Assembly: GCA_965240325.2 (NCBI GenBank) | Contig: OZ251226.1 | Coordinates: forward strand, 248,001 to 312,000 | Length of the DNA: 64,000 nt | DNA from: Rebecca billardiae RCC1528 | Lineage: Eukaryota > Protista > Haptophyta | Direction of reading: 5' to 3' | Shown here: in pieces, positions 46,720 through 57,860 of the stretch | Numbering within the stretch: the first letter of the stretch is position 1 | Layout: every line of letters begins with the position of its first letter | Program-made: the position numbers and the translations under genes | The notes under the pieces: generated by a model | Databases searched by the model: none | The model's input: only the letters and a program-made list of their open reading frames with translations | Told to the model about the DNA's origin: nothing

Positions 46720-48264
46720 TCAGACGCTGAGAATCACCGGCATCATCATCGACATCAACGCGGATGACCCCGACGCAGTAGCCGACGCTGCACGTGTGCT
46801 GCGATTGCTGCTCAGGTCAGATGCGGCTGTACGGCCCATCTGCTGCCACGCGAGGCCAGGGTCGGCGCCCTGCGTGAGGACGGCAGCCGACGGCCAGTCG
46901 ATGGCTGGCGCGTGCGCATGCGTGCGCTGCGCGCCGAGGGCTCGCCCCGACACGTCGAGCAGCCGCGCGAGCGCTGCCGCGCGAGTGCCGTTGGCGCGGT
47001 CTGACGGACCCGTGGTCCCATCGGGCTGCGCGTCGCTCGCCCAGGGTGCCCCCGTGCACGGCCAGATGTCGTCATGCGGGCACTCGCCCTCGTGGAAGCG
47101 CTCCTGCTCGAAGAGCCACTCCTGCAGCCGGTGCCAGCACCGCGTCTTGTGCCGCGCCGCCGAGCCGCCGATCGATGAGCTGTCGCCGATGTGGAAGAAG
47201 AGGCTCCAGCGGAAGGCGTGGATGCGGCGGCCGGCGTGGTGCGCGGCGGCGGCGCGGTACTTGGAGCGCAACCAGCGGTACGCGAGGTGGTCGGGCGGCG
47301 CCTTCGGCAGCGCGTTGTCCGGGAGCGCCGCCGGGTCCCCCAGGAACTGTGCGAGTGCGCGCACGTCCGCGCCGCCATGCAGTATCACTCCATTCAGGCC
47401 GTACGACACCCGGACTGCGGCCCACGCCGGCCGGCGGAGCTCGGCGCGCCAGCCGCGGCCGGCGTACAGGCTCGCCTTCGCCACGGCGTACGCCATCGCG
47501 CCCACCGCGCCCGGACACGCCAGCCAGTCGTCCTCCAGCAGCGCGACGAAGGGTGCGAGCTGCGCTGCGTCGAACGCGAGGAGCATGCGCGACACGTCTG
47601 CAGTCTGCCGCTGGACCGGGGTGGTCTCGATGGGCGGCTGCCGCGGCGCGCGCACGGCGGCGCGCTCGCCCTCCAGGCGGCGCAGCCAGTACACCGCGCT
47701 GCCGAGAGGATGGCGCCCGGGTGCGTACCGCGCGCGCGCGCGCTCCCATGCCGGGTGCGGCGCGCTCTGGTTGCCAGCGCGGAACACTGCGACGCACATC
47801 GGAGGCTGGGTGCCCAACGCGCCGTCGGCCGAGCTGGGCATCTGCGCCAGGAGCGAATCTAGAGTGCGCTCAAGGTATGACGAGGGCGCGCGCGAAGGGT
47901 CCTCCGCGAGGCTCGCGCAGCTGTTCCCCGCGCGCCCACAGTCGATTTTCCGAGGGGCGCTTGGCATGATGCAGCACAGCCAGTGTGGGAATGAGGACGC
48001 AGCCGTGTCGGCCGTCGCGTGCAGGGTTGAAGCATTCGGGCCGGCCAAGGGCGCGTCCTGCAGCCCACCGTCGAGCGCAGCGGCAAGATCTCTCCTGCCC
48101 CCATGCCGTGCTGACGCCGCGTTCGGCGGGTGTGCGCGGCGGCCCGCGCTGCCAGCAGCGCTGGGTGGCGCATGAGACGGGCGGTCGTGCACCGTGTGAA
48201 AGTAGATCACGAGCGCAAGCTGGGCGAGACATGCCAGCGCGCCAATGAGACGTGCGTACCGCAT
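46720..48264 (-). CDS. type II membrane glycosyltransferase, GT54/MGAT4-like
   Basis: N-terminal TM; SYLERTLDSL, LLEDD, GLNGVIL, PPDHL, LFFHIGDSSS. Confidence 0.65.
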   Translation of the reverse strand: MRYARLIGALACLAQLALVIYFHTVHDRPSHAPPSAAGSAGRRAHPPNAASARHGGRRDLAAALDGGLQDAPLAGPNASTLHATADTAASSFPHWLCCIMPSAPRKIDCGRAGNSCASLAEDPSRAPSSYLERTLDSLLAQMPSSADGALGTQPPMCVAVFRAGNQSAPHPAWERARARYAPGRHPLGSAVYWLRRLEGERAAVRAPRQPPIETTPVQRQTADVSRMLLAFDAAQLAPFVALLEDDWLACPGAVGAMAYAVAKASLYAGRGWRAELRRPAWAAVRVSYGLNGVILHGGADVRALAQFLGDPAALPDNALPKAPPDHLAYRWLRSKYRAAAAHHAGRRIHAFRWSLFFHIGDSSSIGGSAARHKTRCWHRLQEWLFEQERFHEGECPHDDIWPCTGAPWASDAQPDGTTGPSDRANGTRAAALARLLDVSGRALGAQRTHAHAPAIDWPSAAVLTQGADPGLAWQQMGRTAASDLSSNRSTRAASATASGSSALMSMMMPVILSV

Positions 48265-48570
48265 GCATGACCCATGCGCGCAGCTTGACAAACCGTCGGC
48301 CGTCGTCAGGACCGCGCTGCGCGGCAGGCTCCTGGCCGCCGTCAAGTTGTGTTCACGAGACGCCAAGCGGAGGCGCCAATAATCTGATGCGCGCGGCGAT
48401 GGGGCGACCTCGTGACGACTGAGCAACCCGGCGGCGGAGCTTGGGCAGACTTGGAGTGCTTTCTTCAGCAAACTGCATGCACCCAGTTGCCGATTTCATG
48501 CTGCGGTTAAGCAGTCGCTCCGTGACCTTTCCGCACGTGTATTGTAGTGTCCGCGCGCGTGAATAGCGCG

Positions 48571-49416
48571 ATGAATGTGCGCATGCTGCTGGGGCTATGC
48601 GGTGCGCTTGCCGCCCACGCCGCCCACGTGGACAAGGTCTTCTTCATCGGGCAGGGCTCGACGGGCACGCGCACGCTCTCGGAGATGATGCGCGCGCGGG
48701 GGTACAAGACGGTGCACAACATTTGCCCCGACGCGAGGACGCCTTGGAACCACCCGGTGCTTCACCACGATAAGCACCATCGATGCCTCGTCGAGAACCA
48801 GGCGTTCCTCGACCACGGCGATCTGCTCGACCTGAACTGGCTTGCCGCGGAGTATCACAACGCGCGCTTTGTTCTGAACGTCCGCCCTCTGCTGAATTGG
48901 GTGGTCAGTCGCGTCGACCACGCGGCGAACAAGCGGCTCGAGCTGGGCTGCTCGCCGTACGGGACAAAGCGGACGTGCCCGAAGCTCCAACACATGCCCG
49001 ACAACTCGAACATCACCGTCGCGCACTGGATCAAGCGCGTCGCTGCGATGCAGTCCAAGGCGCTGCGCATGTTCAGCACCTCGTGGTCGCTGCGCCAGCG
49101 CTTCGTCGTCATTGGTCTGGAGACGATGAAGCCGTGCGATGTGGATAAGCTCCTGGATTGGGTACTGCGGCACGACTACTCCAACGCGCGCACCACACCA
49201 CACCTGATCCACAACGCCGCCGAGCTGCCGCCGGGTGGCCGAGCGCACTGCTCGCGCGCCGCCGCTTCGACACACACGGGCGTGGTCTCGCATCCGCCGC
49301 GCACGACGCGGCGAATCCACTCGCTGCTCCGTGCGTTTGGCTGCGGCCAGTCGATGTGGAACGACGTGATGTACATGCGGTGCGCAGCCAAGATACCACG
49401 CTCGATGCTGCACTGA
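48571..49416 (+). CDS. secreted Sulfotransfer_4-like P-loop protein, paralog 1
   Basis: signal peptide; KVFFIGQGSTGTRTL..RGY..H, AFLDH, Y.NARFVLNVRP..W..S. Confidence 0.7.
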   Translation: MNVRMLLGLCGALAAHAAHVDKVFFIGQGSTGTRTLSEMMRARGYKTVHNICPDARTPWNHPVLHHDKHHRCLVENQAFLDHGDLLDLNWLAAEYHNARFVLNVRPLLNWVVSRVDHAANKRLELGCSPYGTKRTCPKLQHMPDNSNITVAHWIKRVAAMQSKALRMFSTSWSLRQRFVVIGLETMKPCDVDKLLDWVLRHDYSNARTTPHLIHNAAELPPGGRAHCSRAAASTHTGVVSHPPRTTRRIHSLLRAFGCGQSMWNDVMYMRCAAKIPRSMLH

Positions 49417-49626
49417 CTGATTTGCAGAGCCAATAGCCAGAGTCCGGCTAGCTACATGTAACTGTGATGTAAGATAGTCTACTGTAAGAATATATATATG
49501 TGTATATACCTATATATTATATTAATATATATACTAAATAAAGAGTATAAAGAGACGCCGATCACCATCTTCAGATCTACTCATCATCAGTCATTCAGTG
49601 GCATATTACATAACTGCTATATATAT

Positions 49627-51285
49627 GTCTAGCCACTCCGCCATGCCCGGCTCGTACAAGGCGTCGGGTACGAATGGACTCTGGAGCTGGATGGTCGCGG
49701 CGCGCGGCGTCGTGGAGTAGACAGACCACAATGATCAATCATGGAACGATCAGGTTAGCTATGTTGGGATTTGAGCAACGAACGACAGCGGGCGCTGGCA
49801 GCGGCGTGGCGGTTGAGCTGCTGCCCGAGGTCGAGAGGGCGCCCGCGAGTCGTCAGTCACTGAGCAAGGTCGATTAAGGCTGATGGCTCGCTGACACTGC
49901 AGTGCTTCCATATCCGCCAGAGGCCGAGGGTGGGCGGGCGGGCAAACGATGAAGCGTGCGGGTTGACGCGACAGCGGCGAGAGCAAGAGACCATTGCATG
50001 AGGGGCGACGCGGCGAAGACAGATGATGACGTCGCGCCGCCGAACGATCAGGCGGGGAGCCGGGCCACACAGACAGCCAGCGACCTTACCGAGCAGAGGG
50101 GCTGCGGCGACTGCGGTGCACCTCCTGCAGCGGAGCGTGCACCCGGCAGTGCCCGATGCAGGCGATTCCCTTGCCCAGCTCGGCGCCTTCGTCGTGAGCA
50201 GCCCCATGGCGCCCCCGAGAGTGAAGCCTGATCGATCCGATGTGAGCGGTAACCAACCGAGTCCTGCAGGTGCGCCGCTGTGGGCCAGATTGGCAGCGCA
50301 CCAGGACTCCGCCTGCGCGCGGCGGTGCGCACAGGACAACGCAGGAATGCCGTGCGAGCCGGATTCTTGGCGTCGCTCATAGACACTCAGTTATAGGTTC
50401 CCTATAACGCCACGTCTAGCCACTCCGCCATGCCCGGCTCGTACAAGGCGTCGGGTACGAATGGACTCTGGAGCTGGATGGTCGCGGCGCGCGGCGTCGT
50501 GGAGTAGACAGACCACAATGATCAATCATGGAACGATCAGGTTAGCTATGTTGGGATTTGAGCAACGAACGACAGCGGGCGCTGGCAGCGGCGTGGCGGT
50601 TGAGCTGCTGCCCGAGGTCGAGAGGGCGCCCGCGAGTCCCGTTTATAAGTTGGAGCGGGCGTCCAAGTAGTCGTTGATGAATCCCGTTTAGAAATAGAAG
50701 AGACGAGGACTGCGCGGCCGCGCGCGCACGATCGATCGCGACGCGCGGCGAGCAGACACGCGTCAGAGTGCGCCGCACCCGCGCGACGCACGGGCGCGAG
50801 GCGAGCGCGTATCTCAAACGATGAAGCGTGCGGGTTGACGCGACAGCGGCGAGAGCAAGAGACCATTGCATGAGGGGCGACGCGGCGAAGACAGATGATG
50901 ACGTCGCGCCGCCGAACGATCAGGCGGGGAGCCGGGCCACACAGACAGCCAGCGACCTTACCGAGCAGAGGGGCTGCGGCGACTGCGGTGCACCTCCTGC
51001 AGCGGAGCGTGCACCCGGCAGTGCCCGATGCAGGCGATTCCCTTGCCCAGCTCGGCGCCTTCGTCGTGAGCAGCCCCATGGCGCCCCCGAGAGTGAAGCC
51101 TGATCGATCCGATGTGAGCGGTAACCAACCGAGTCCTGCAGGTGCGCCGCTGTGGGCCAGATTGGCAGCGCACCAGGACTCCGCCTGCGCGCGGCGGTGC
51201 GCACAGGACAACGCAGGAATGCCGTGCGAGCCGGATTCTTGGCGTCGCTCATAGACACTCAGTTATAGGTTCCCTATAACGCCAC
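49627..51285 (-). mobile_element. second, inverted copy of split-direct-repeat family 2
   Basis: reverse complement of 44915-46570; internal junction at 50413/50414. Confidence 0.85.
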
Positions 51286-51297
51286 ATATATGAATAT

Positions 51298-53620
51298 GAT
51301 CGGCTCACGCCGATCTTCGGGTAGTACTATAAACGCCAACGAAGTTGAGGGCAAACGGCCCTAGCTAGTTCCGCGCGTGGCGCTGCGTGCGCCAGCTGCG
51401 CGCACCCGCTGCGCCCGCGTTGAGCATGCGAGCGCCGCGCCTGCGAGCACACGCGGCGGCTCGACACAGCCGCACGGCAGTGTCGCTCGTGCGCCTGCCC
51501 GTGATCATCAGTCTCAGCTCTGAGGCGCGCGCTCAAGGAGGGCTGCGGCCGGGCCGAGCGCGATCTGCGCAGACGGTACAGCCCGTGGTGGCTCATGGGC
51601 AGCCCGAGCCCAAAGCCCGCCTCCGCCATCCGCGTCACAGCCGGCCGCTCCAGCCGAGGTCTCGCGTGCTGCGCTGCAGCCGTGCTAGGCCGAACCGGAC
51701 GCCCGCCGAGCCGAAGCCGGGCACGCGGCTGATGAGCAGTGGTAGCCAGGCGAAGCCGTCGTCGCGGGCGAAGCTGCGCTGGGTGATGCGGCTGAGCAGT
51801 CGGGTTATACAGATTAGTTACAGTAAACGCGGGCCCGGGCTCACTGGAATCACACCGCGGGCCGGCGACCGCGCAGCCGGGAGCAGGCCCGGGCGCGCAA
51901 TAACTATGAGCAAAATATCCGGCGCCAGAAAAGCGGCGGCGGCGCTGGCATGCGCCTAGCGGCACTGCCCTGGTACAGTCTACGCTCCCCTGGCCAGCCC
52001 AGCCGCCGCCGGGGCCATACCAGGCCACCACGGCGAAGCGCGCGCTCCCGCGGAACACCTCGGCCCGACACTGGCGGATCACCCGGCAGTCGTCAGCCGT
52101 CTGACGCGTAGCGCGTAGTCGACAAATGGCTGCTGACGGCGTAAAATCGGCCTGCGCGGCGGATGAAACGGCTGAAAGGCGAGGCCACGACGCCACCCAA
52201 CTGGCGCACGCGCGTGCGGCCGGCGGTGCGGCGCAGCTCGGTCACTGCCACCGCTCCCGCGGGCTGCTCACTCACTCACGCCGAGCGCTGTGTTTGACCA
52301 CGAGACAGTGCCGTCGCCCGCGATGGCAGCTGCAAGCTGATCGTGCGCTCGCCGCTCCCAGACGATGCAGCAGCCACGGACGTCACACACGGCACGGGGC
52401 GAGTGTGCCTCGAGCCTGCACCACATCTTCGCCCGCCCTGCCCTCGCAAGGCGATGCAGACTGCAGAGGGCTGTCGCAGTCGTCTGGCGCAAGCAGCTCA
52501 CACGCCGCGCACCGCGCGCGTGGCCGTGATGGGTCGGCACAGCCCAGTCAAAGACACGGCATCGTATCGCCCTCTGGCCGCCAGCAGCATCACCTCTGCC
52601 GTCTGCGAGCGACTCGTAGTTGCAGCAGCAGCCGCCAAGAGCTTGCACAAATAAACTGCGCAACGGGCGCGCCGACGCGCGTGGACGCGGGTCGGCACCG
52701 GGGCGGGGCGCGAGGGGGGAAAGCGGCACGAATGCGATGCCGACGGCCGTTGGGACCCACCGCAGCCGCGCGCACCTGCGCTGAGTCTGTCGGATTGAAC
52801 GATCGTGCGACGGCGGCCTACATGGGCAGTGGCGGCTTTCTGCGCCTTCCGGTTCGGAGCCTGCTGCCCGCCCGTCAATCAGCGCGAGCTGCGCAAGGCC
52901 GTACCATGATATAGTATTAATCATGAAGGGAGATATTATGAATATTTGTCCGCTCAAGTTTATCGTTCATATTCGTCAAGCTCTCCCGGACGCGCCGGTA
53001 TTAAATGGGAGAGAATCAAGGGTCGTGCGTGAAGCGCGGTAGAAATTCTTATGCTCATGAGATTTTCAGGCCCGTCAATGCGGGTGGCAATCCATTCTTG
53101 CAATCACAAGAATGGATTGCCACCCGCATTGACGTCGTATCAGTAGATGACCAAAAGTATATCAGCAAGAGTAGGTTGATAACCGTATGATACCAGGGCG
53201 CGCGGGAACGTCGATTCAAGCTACCCGCGCAATACCATATCGCGTCGCTTTGATGAATCTGAGGAGTGAACAGCTATCCAGAGAATTAGTTCGATATCGC
53301 ACCTTTTTTATGGTCAGTTCAACACACGAATATTGACTATCAGAAAGGTATCAGAGATGACTTCGTCCTATTTGATTCCGATTTCTTCTATTACTTACTA
53401 TCCAAAGATTAAGGGACAGTACAAACGCAATCATGAGCAGCGATATGGGGTCTCTATGCTGCGGTTTCACACCTAAATCCACCTACAATAAAAATCCCCC
53501 AAATCCTGCGCGCATCCTCTTTTTTGATTTTGCGGAGCACGTGCGCCGCCCCCCCCCCCCCCCCCCCCCCCGGCTTTCGCTCACGCTCAGACCTTTCGCC
53601 TTTCGGGGGGGCCGTGCGCC
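51298..53620 (-). mobile_element. hairpin-ended element (beta 5' end, type-2 3' hairpin)
   Basis: 5' GGCGCACG..CGAAAGGTCTGAGCGTGAG shared with 57861; 3' hairpin GATCGGC-GTGA-GCCGATC + AT; 51377-51480 homologous to 13975-14075; boundary pairing is inferred. Confidence 0.55.
53074..53133. repeat. perfect 27-bp-stem hairpin
   Basis: GTCAATGCGGGTGGCAATCCATTCTTG-CAATCA-CAAGAATGGATTGCCACCCGCATTGAC. Confidence 0.9.
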
Positions 53621-55099
53621 ATAAGTCGTACAGTCTTTTTAAAAAATAATGTGGCGATGAGTATAACTTTGTAAGCTACTCGCTGCCGATGGCTAGGATT
53701 CTAGCATTTCTAGCGCTGAGATCGGCGGTTGGAACCCCTGGAGCCTGGAGGCAGGGCGTGCAGTCGGGCTGTCGGCACTGGGTACGTAGCTATGCGCAGC
53801 CTGCTGCCCTGCTGTCAGTGTCACTGTCTGTCTGCTGTCACAGAGCCATCATAGAGTAGCAGTGTCACTGTCAGACAGTCAGTGTCATTACGCTCTCACA
53901 CTCAGACTCAGACGTTCAGTCTCTGCCTCTGCCTACAGTCTAGGCCGCTCTGAGCTCTGAGTCTGACGACTCGGTCGTCCAGTAGCTACAGTTTACGGTA
54001 AGACGAACAAAACGACCGGCGCAGGCAGGTGAGGGGCGCGTTGATGGCAGTACCGTACCACTGTACTCTATACATTTTACTAACTCTAACTATGTTTTAA
54101 CGTGCACACTAAAAGAGACCGGCGCAGGCAGGTGGGGGGCGCGTTGCCGCACCAATCATCGAGGGCGGCCATTGCAGGCAAGCGGCCGCCCCGCGCTCGG
54201 AGGCACGCGCTCGAGAGCGCGCTCTGACACCACACGGTGAGGGTGCTGCACCTGGATGTTGTATCCCAGTGCGTGTAGTCCCTCAAAATTTTAAGCCTCC
54301 CGACATCATTGTTCGCCATATATCCGCGCAGCAAAGCAGCGGCGCGCCACCATACCGTAGGGGCGTACTAAACGATAGGGGCGTACTAAACTTAACGACT
54401 CCCGAATGCACAAAAGCAGGGGGTCAGCTGAATTAATGCAGCTCACACGACCGCGCTCCACGCCGAAAACCAGCCCGTATCTGCCCGCCGGCTGGCTCGT
54501 GCATGCGCACCGACTGCCGGGCGCATCGACACCGTGGCGCACAGAGCGTGGGTGCCGCGGCCGGGTGGGTATGTGCTGACGCGGCTGGGCGGTGGGCCTG
54601 GTGCATGCGCTGGCTGATGGGCTCTGCCCGGGTCGGCGCGTAGCGGGCGTGCGGGCTGAGACAAAGTCGTGCCGGCTGCAGCCGGCGACTAAATTGTGGG
54701 TCCCTATCTAGTATCTCCTTACCGGCCGAAGGCTGGACTCCCAGTAAGCTAGTCCCACCCTTCAGCTTTTTATAACTATGTGCGAATCAAGGCCTATATG
54801 GCCGGCCATGACCGATGATGATATGGGCCACTAGGCGGCCATGGCCGATGGTTAGCGGTCGACCAGCCATCTCTGGCCGATGGGTATTGGCCGATGGCCG
54901 TCCGGCGGCCGGAATGTGGGAGGCCGCGCCCGGGGCGGCACCGGGCCACGGCGCCGGCGCGTGGCCGCGTGCGCACGCCGCGCGGGCTGCAGCACTGTCC
55001 GACTCTGCACGGTCGTAGTCCGAGAGGGCGGCCTCGGGGCTCGGCCGACCCAACCGGTGGACTTGTTGAGCCCCAGTGGCGGTCTCGACCGAGCTTGGC

Positions 55100-55101
<2 letters not shown>

Positions 55102-55149
<48 letters not shown>
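55102..55149. repeat. (TG)n microsatellite
   Basis: direct reading. Confidence 0.95.
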
Positions 55150-55151
<2 letters not shown>

Positions 55152-55734
55152 GTTGCTGATATCAGTTACAGATGACTACTGTATGTCTATTGTATTCTGC
55201 GCGCCGGCCCGGAGAGTGAAGGACGCGAGGTGCAGGCGGCGAGCCCGGCGCCGACTCCGACGAGGGCGAGTCAGCGGCCGCACCCGCGCCCGCGACCGCG
55301 CCCACGCCCGCGCCCATTACCCCTACTTCTGCCACGGCACGCGCTTGCACTGCCGCAGCAGCGCTGCTGCATCGTCTGAGAGTACGTCTGCCGACGCGGC
55401 GACTGCGGCAGCCTCTCAGCGGCGAGCGGACGAGCGGTGGCTGCAGCAGCACAGTAGTACGTCGGCTGCAAGCAGCTTATTCTGCGACGAGATCATGCCC
55501 AGACAGAGTCAAGGCGACCTCGTTGGGGAGTACGTTCTGCCTTCGGAGTGGTGAATACTATAATGCGCCGAAAAATAAAATAAAGTATGAATGAATGAAT
55601 ATATATATATATATATATTAACGACGTGGTATGCAACGGGCAGGCGTCAGAGTATACATATCGTCCTTATTTCATTTATTCGTCGTAGTCGGCCACTGGC
55701 CGATGAACGGGCGAAAGTGGGCATCCTGTAATAA

Positions 55735-55845
55735 TAAATTCCCCTTTATAACGGGCTCCGGGTGATCAGACTGGCGGCCGAAGCCTCCAGCCCTACCCTG
55801 GCCAGCCCCCAACCAACCACCACCCTCACCCAAACTCAAACCACT
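55735..55845 (+). repeat. TTATAACGGGCT-family copy
   Basis: matches 31931-32044. Confidence 0.8.
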
Positions 55846-55930
55846 GTGGCCGACGGGTTGGCCGACGCCCGTCGAGGCTTGCTTGATTCGCACACCTTAG
55901 CTTCAGCACCGTTTTTGCTGTATGTATATA

Positions 55931-56875
55931 TCTCTTCATGGGGCGTTGAAATTGGCGTTCCAAGCCAGTGACAGGTCGATTCAGCGACCTCGAATTGGGT
56001 ACACATCGATCTTCATCTGTCACATATGTCACGTCACGGCCGTTACATGACAGGTATTGGTCGAAAATCCGAAGGGTGGGATCCCACCCTTCAGTTCAGA
56101 ACCGCCTTCACCTACGCTGACACATTGAGGCGCTCTGGTCAGCCAGAAACGCGTGCTACGAGTGCAGCGTGGCCAGGAAGCATCGCGTACTACTCCCTGG
56201 CTTACGTCAGCCCATGTCGGACGCCCTGAGTAGCAGTTCGCTTCATCGCGCACGGGTGCGCGCGCACGTAGCCGCTGGCCGACGTGGTGAGCGCGTCGGG
56301 CGGCCGCGCGCGCGCACGAATCGAGTGTCAGCAGCAGCACATGCTCGCGCTCAGCGGGGGAACATGTTTGCTCACTAGGCGCCTGGATCAGCAGGCTAGC
56401 AGCCGTGGTAGACGTTGCAGCTGATGGGGTGGAAGGCTCGACCGCACGCCTGGCAACAGGACGGCGCGAGCGACCGCAACCACCGCCCCGCCTGCGTCCG
56501 CGAGGGGGCTGAGCACCTTGACCTTACGCGTCGCCCTGGCTGGGCGTTGGGTCAGATGTATCTATCCTACTCCCAGCGTCGCGCGCGGGCTCTGAGCCGG
56601 TTGGCGTCTTAACGGTCTCCTCGTCCGTGCAGTTGTTGCCGCATCATCGAGGGAATCACGACCGTCGGCCAGATCGTCGAGCTCGAGCGGGCCAAATTCG
56701 TCCTCTGATCAGATGGCAGCCTATCGGGTCAATCGTCTACCTCGTCACCCATACCGACCGTACCGACCCTTCCGCTCGCCACTCTGAGCCTTGCGCCGTC
56801 GTCAGAGCTCGCGCGCACGGGCGCCATCGCGAAGGGTGGGACCCCACCCTTCCGGCCCGCCCGCCGGAAAAGAGA
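55931..56875. mobile_element. TCTCTT...AAGAGA TA-flanked element with GAAG-N14-CTTC palindromes
   Basis: TA|TCTCTT and AAGAGA|TA; GAAGGGTGGGA(T/C)CCCACCCTTC at 56071 and 56831. Confidence 0.6.
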
Positions 56876-56935
56876 TATATTGGTACTCCCACCAAAGTCG
56901 CACCGCCAAGGCCGGCCGCGGCGGAACCGCACGCC

Positions 56936-57853
56936 ATGCGCAACCGGCGGCACCCGGCGTCCACGCCACCGCACATCCACGCTTGGCGCCTGATCATGGT
57001 ATTGGGACTGTGCTGCACGCATGCTGCCCACGCAGCCCACGTGGACAAGGTCTTCTTCATCGGGCAGGGCTCGACGGGCACGCGCACGCTCGCAGAGATG
57101 ATGCGCGCGCGCGGCTACAAAGCAGTGCACAACTTTTGCCCAGGTGGTGGGAAGACGCCGTGGGACCACGCGGTGAAGCACCACAACAAGCACAACCCAT
57201 GTCTGAAGGACAACAACGCCTTCCTCGACCACGGCGATCTGGTCGATCTTCCTTGGCTTACTGCCACGTATCCAAGCGCGCGCTTTGTGCTCAACGTGCG
57301 CCCTCTGCTGAATTGGGTGGTCAGCCGCGTCGACCATGTGGCGATTTTGCGGGAGAAACTGGGCTGTCCACCGTATGGCCTGAGACAGACGTGCCCGCAG
57401 CTCGACCACATGCCCGACAACTCGAACATCACTGTCGCGAACTGGATCAAGCGCGTCGCTGCGATGCAGCGCAGAGCTCTGCATATGTTCAGCAATTCGC
57501 GGTCGCTGCGGCAGCGCTTCGTCATCATCGGCCTCGAGACGACGTCGCCCTGCGACGTGGACAAACTCTTGGACTGGGTTCTGCGCGATCAGCCCTTGAA
57601 CACACGCCAAACGGCACGGCTCGTCAGGCAAGCTGCCGATCTGCCCGGTGGAGGTGAGGCACGATGCACGAACGCGTCCGCTGAGACGCATGCAGGGGTT
57701 GTTTGTCTCGCACCCGCAGCGCACAACGACCCGAATACGGTCTCTCTTGCGGTCGTTTGGCTGCGGCCCGTCGATGTGGGACGACGTGCTGTACATTCAA
57801 TGTGCAGACAAGATCCCGCGCTCGATGCTGCACTGATTAATTCTACCCAATAA
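56936..57853 (+). CDS. Sulfotransfer_4-like paralog 2 with C-terminal frameshift (possible pseudogene)
   Basis: TTGT duplication at 57699-57706; ancestral C-terminus SHPQRTT...RSMLH continues in another frame to 57836. Confidence 0.7.
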   Translation: MRNRRHPASTPPHIHAWRLIMVLGLCCTHAAHAAHVDKVFFIGQGSTGTRTLAEMMRARGYKAVHNFCPGGGKTPWDHAVKHHNKHNPCLKDNNAFLDHGDLVDLPWLTATYPSARFVLNVRPLLNWVVSRVDHVAILREKLGCPPYGLRQTCPQLDHMPDNSNITVANWIKRVAAMQRRALHMFSNSRSLRQRFVIIGLETTSPCDVDKLLDWVLRDQPLNTRQTARLVRQAADLPGGGEARCTNASAETHAGVVCLAPAAHNDPNTVSLAVVWLRPVDVGRRAVHSMCRQDPALDAALINSTQ

Positions 57854-57860
57854 TAATTAT

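Noticed and set aside
44942-51258. Repeated 70-220 aa ORFs inside the split-repeat elements
   Set aside because: No recognisable domain, mostly non-ATG starts, typical of GC-rich non-coding DNA
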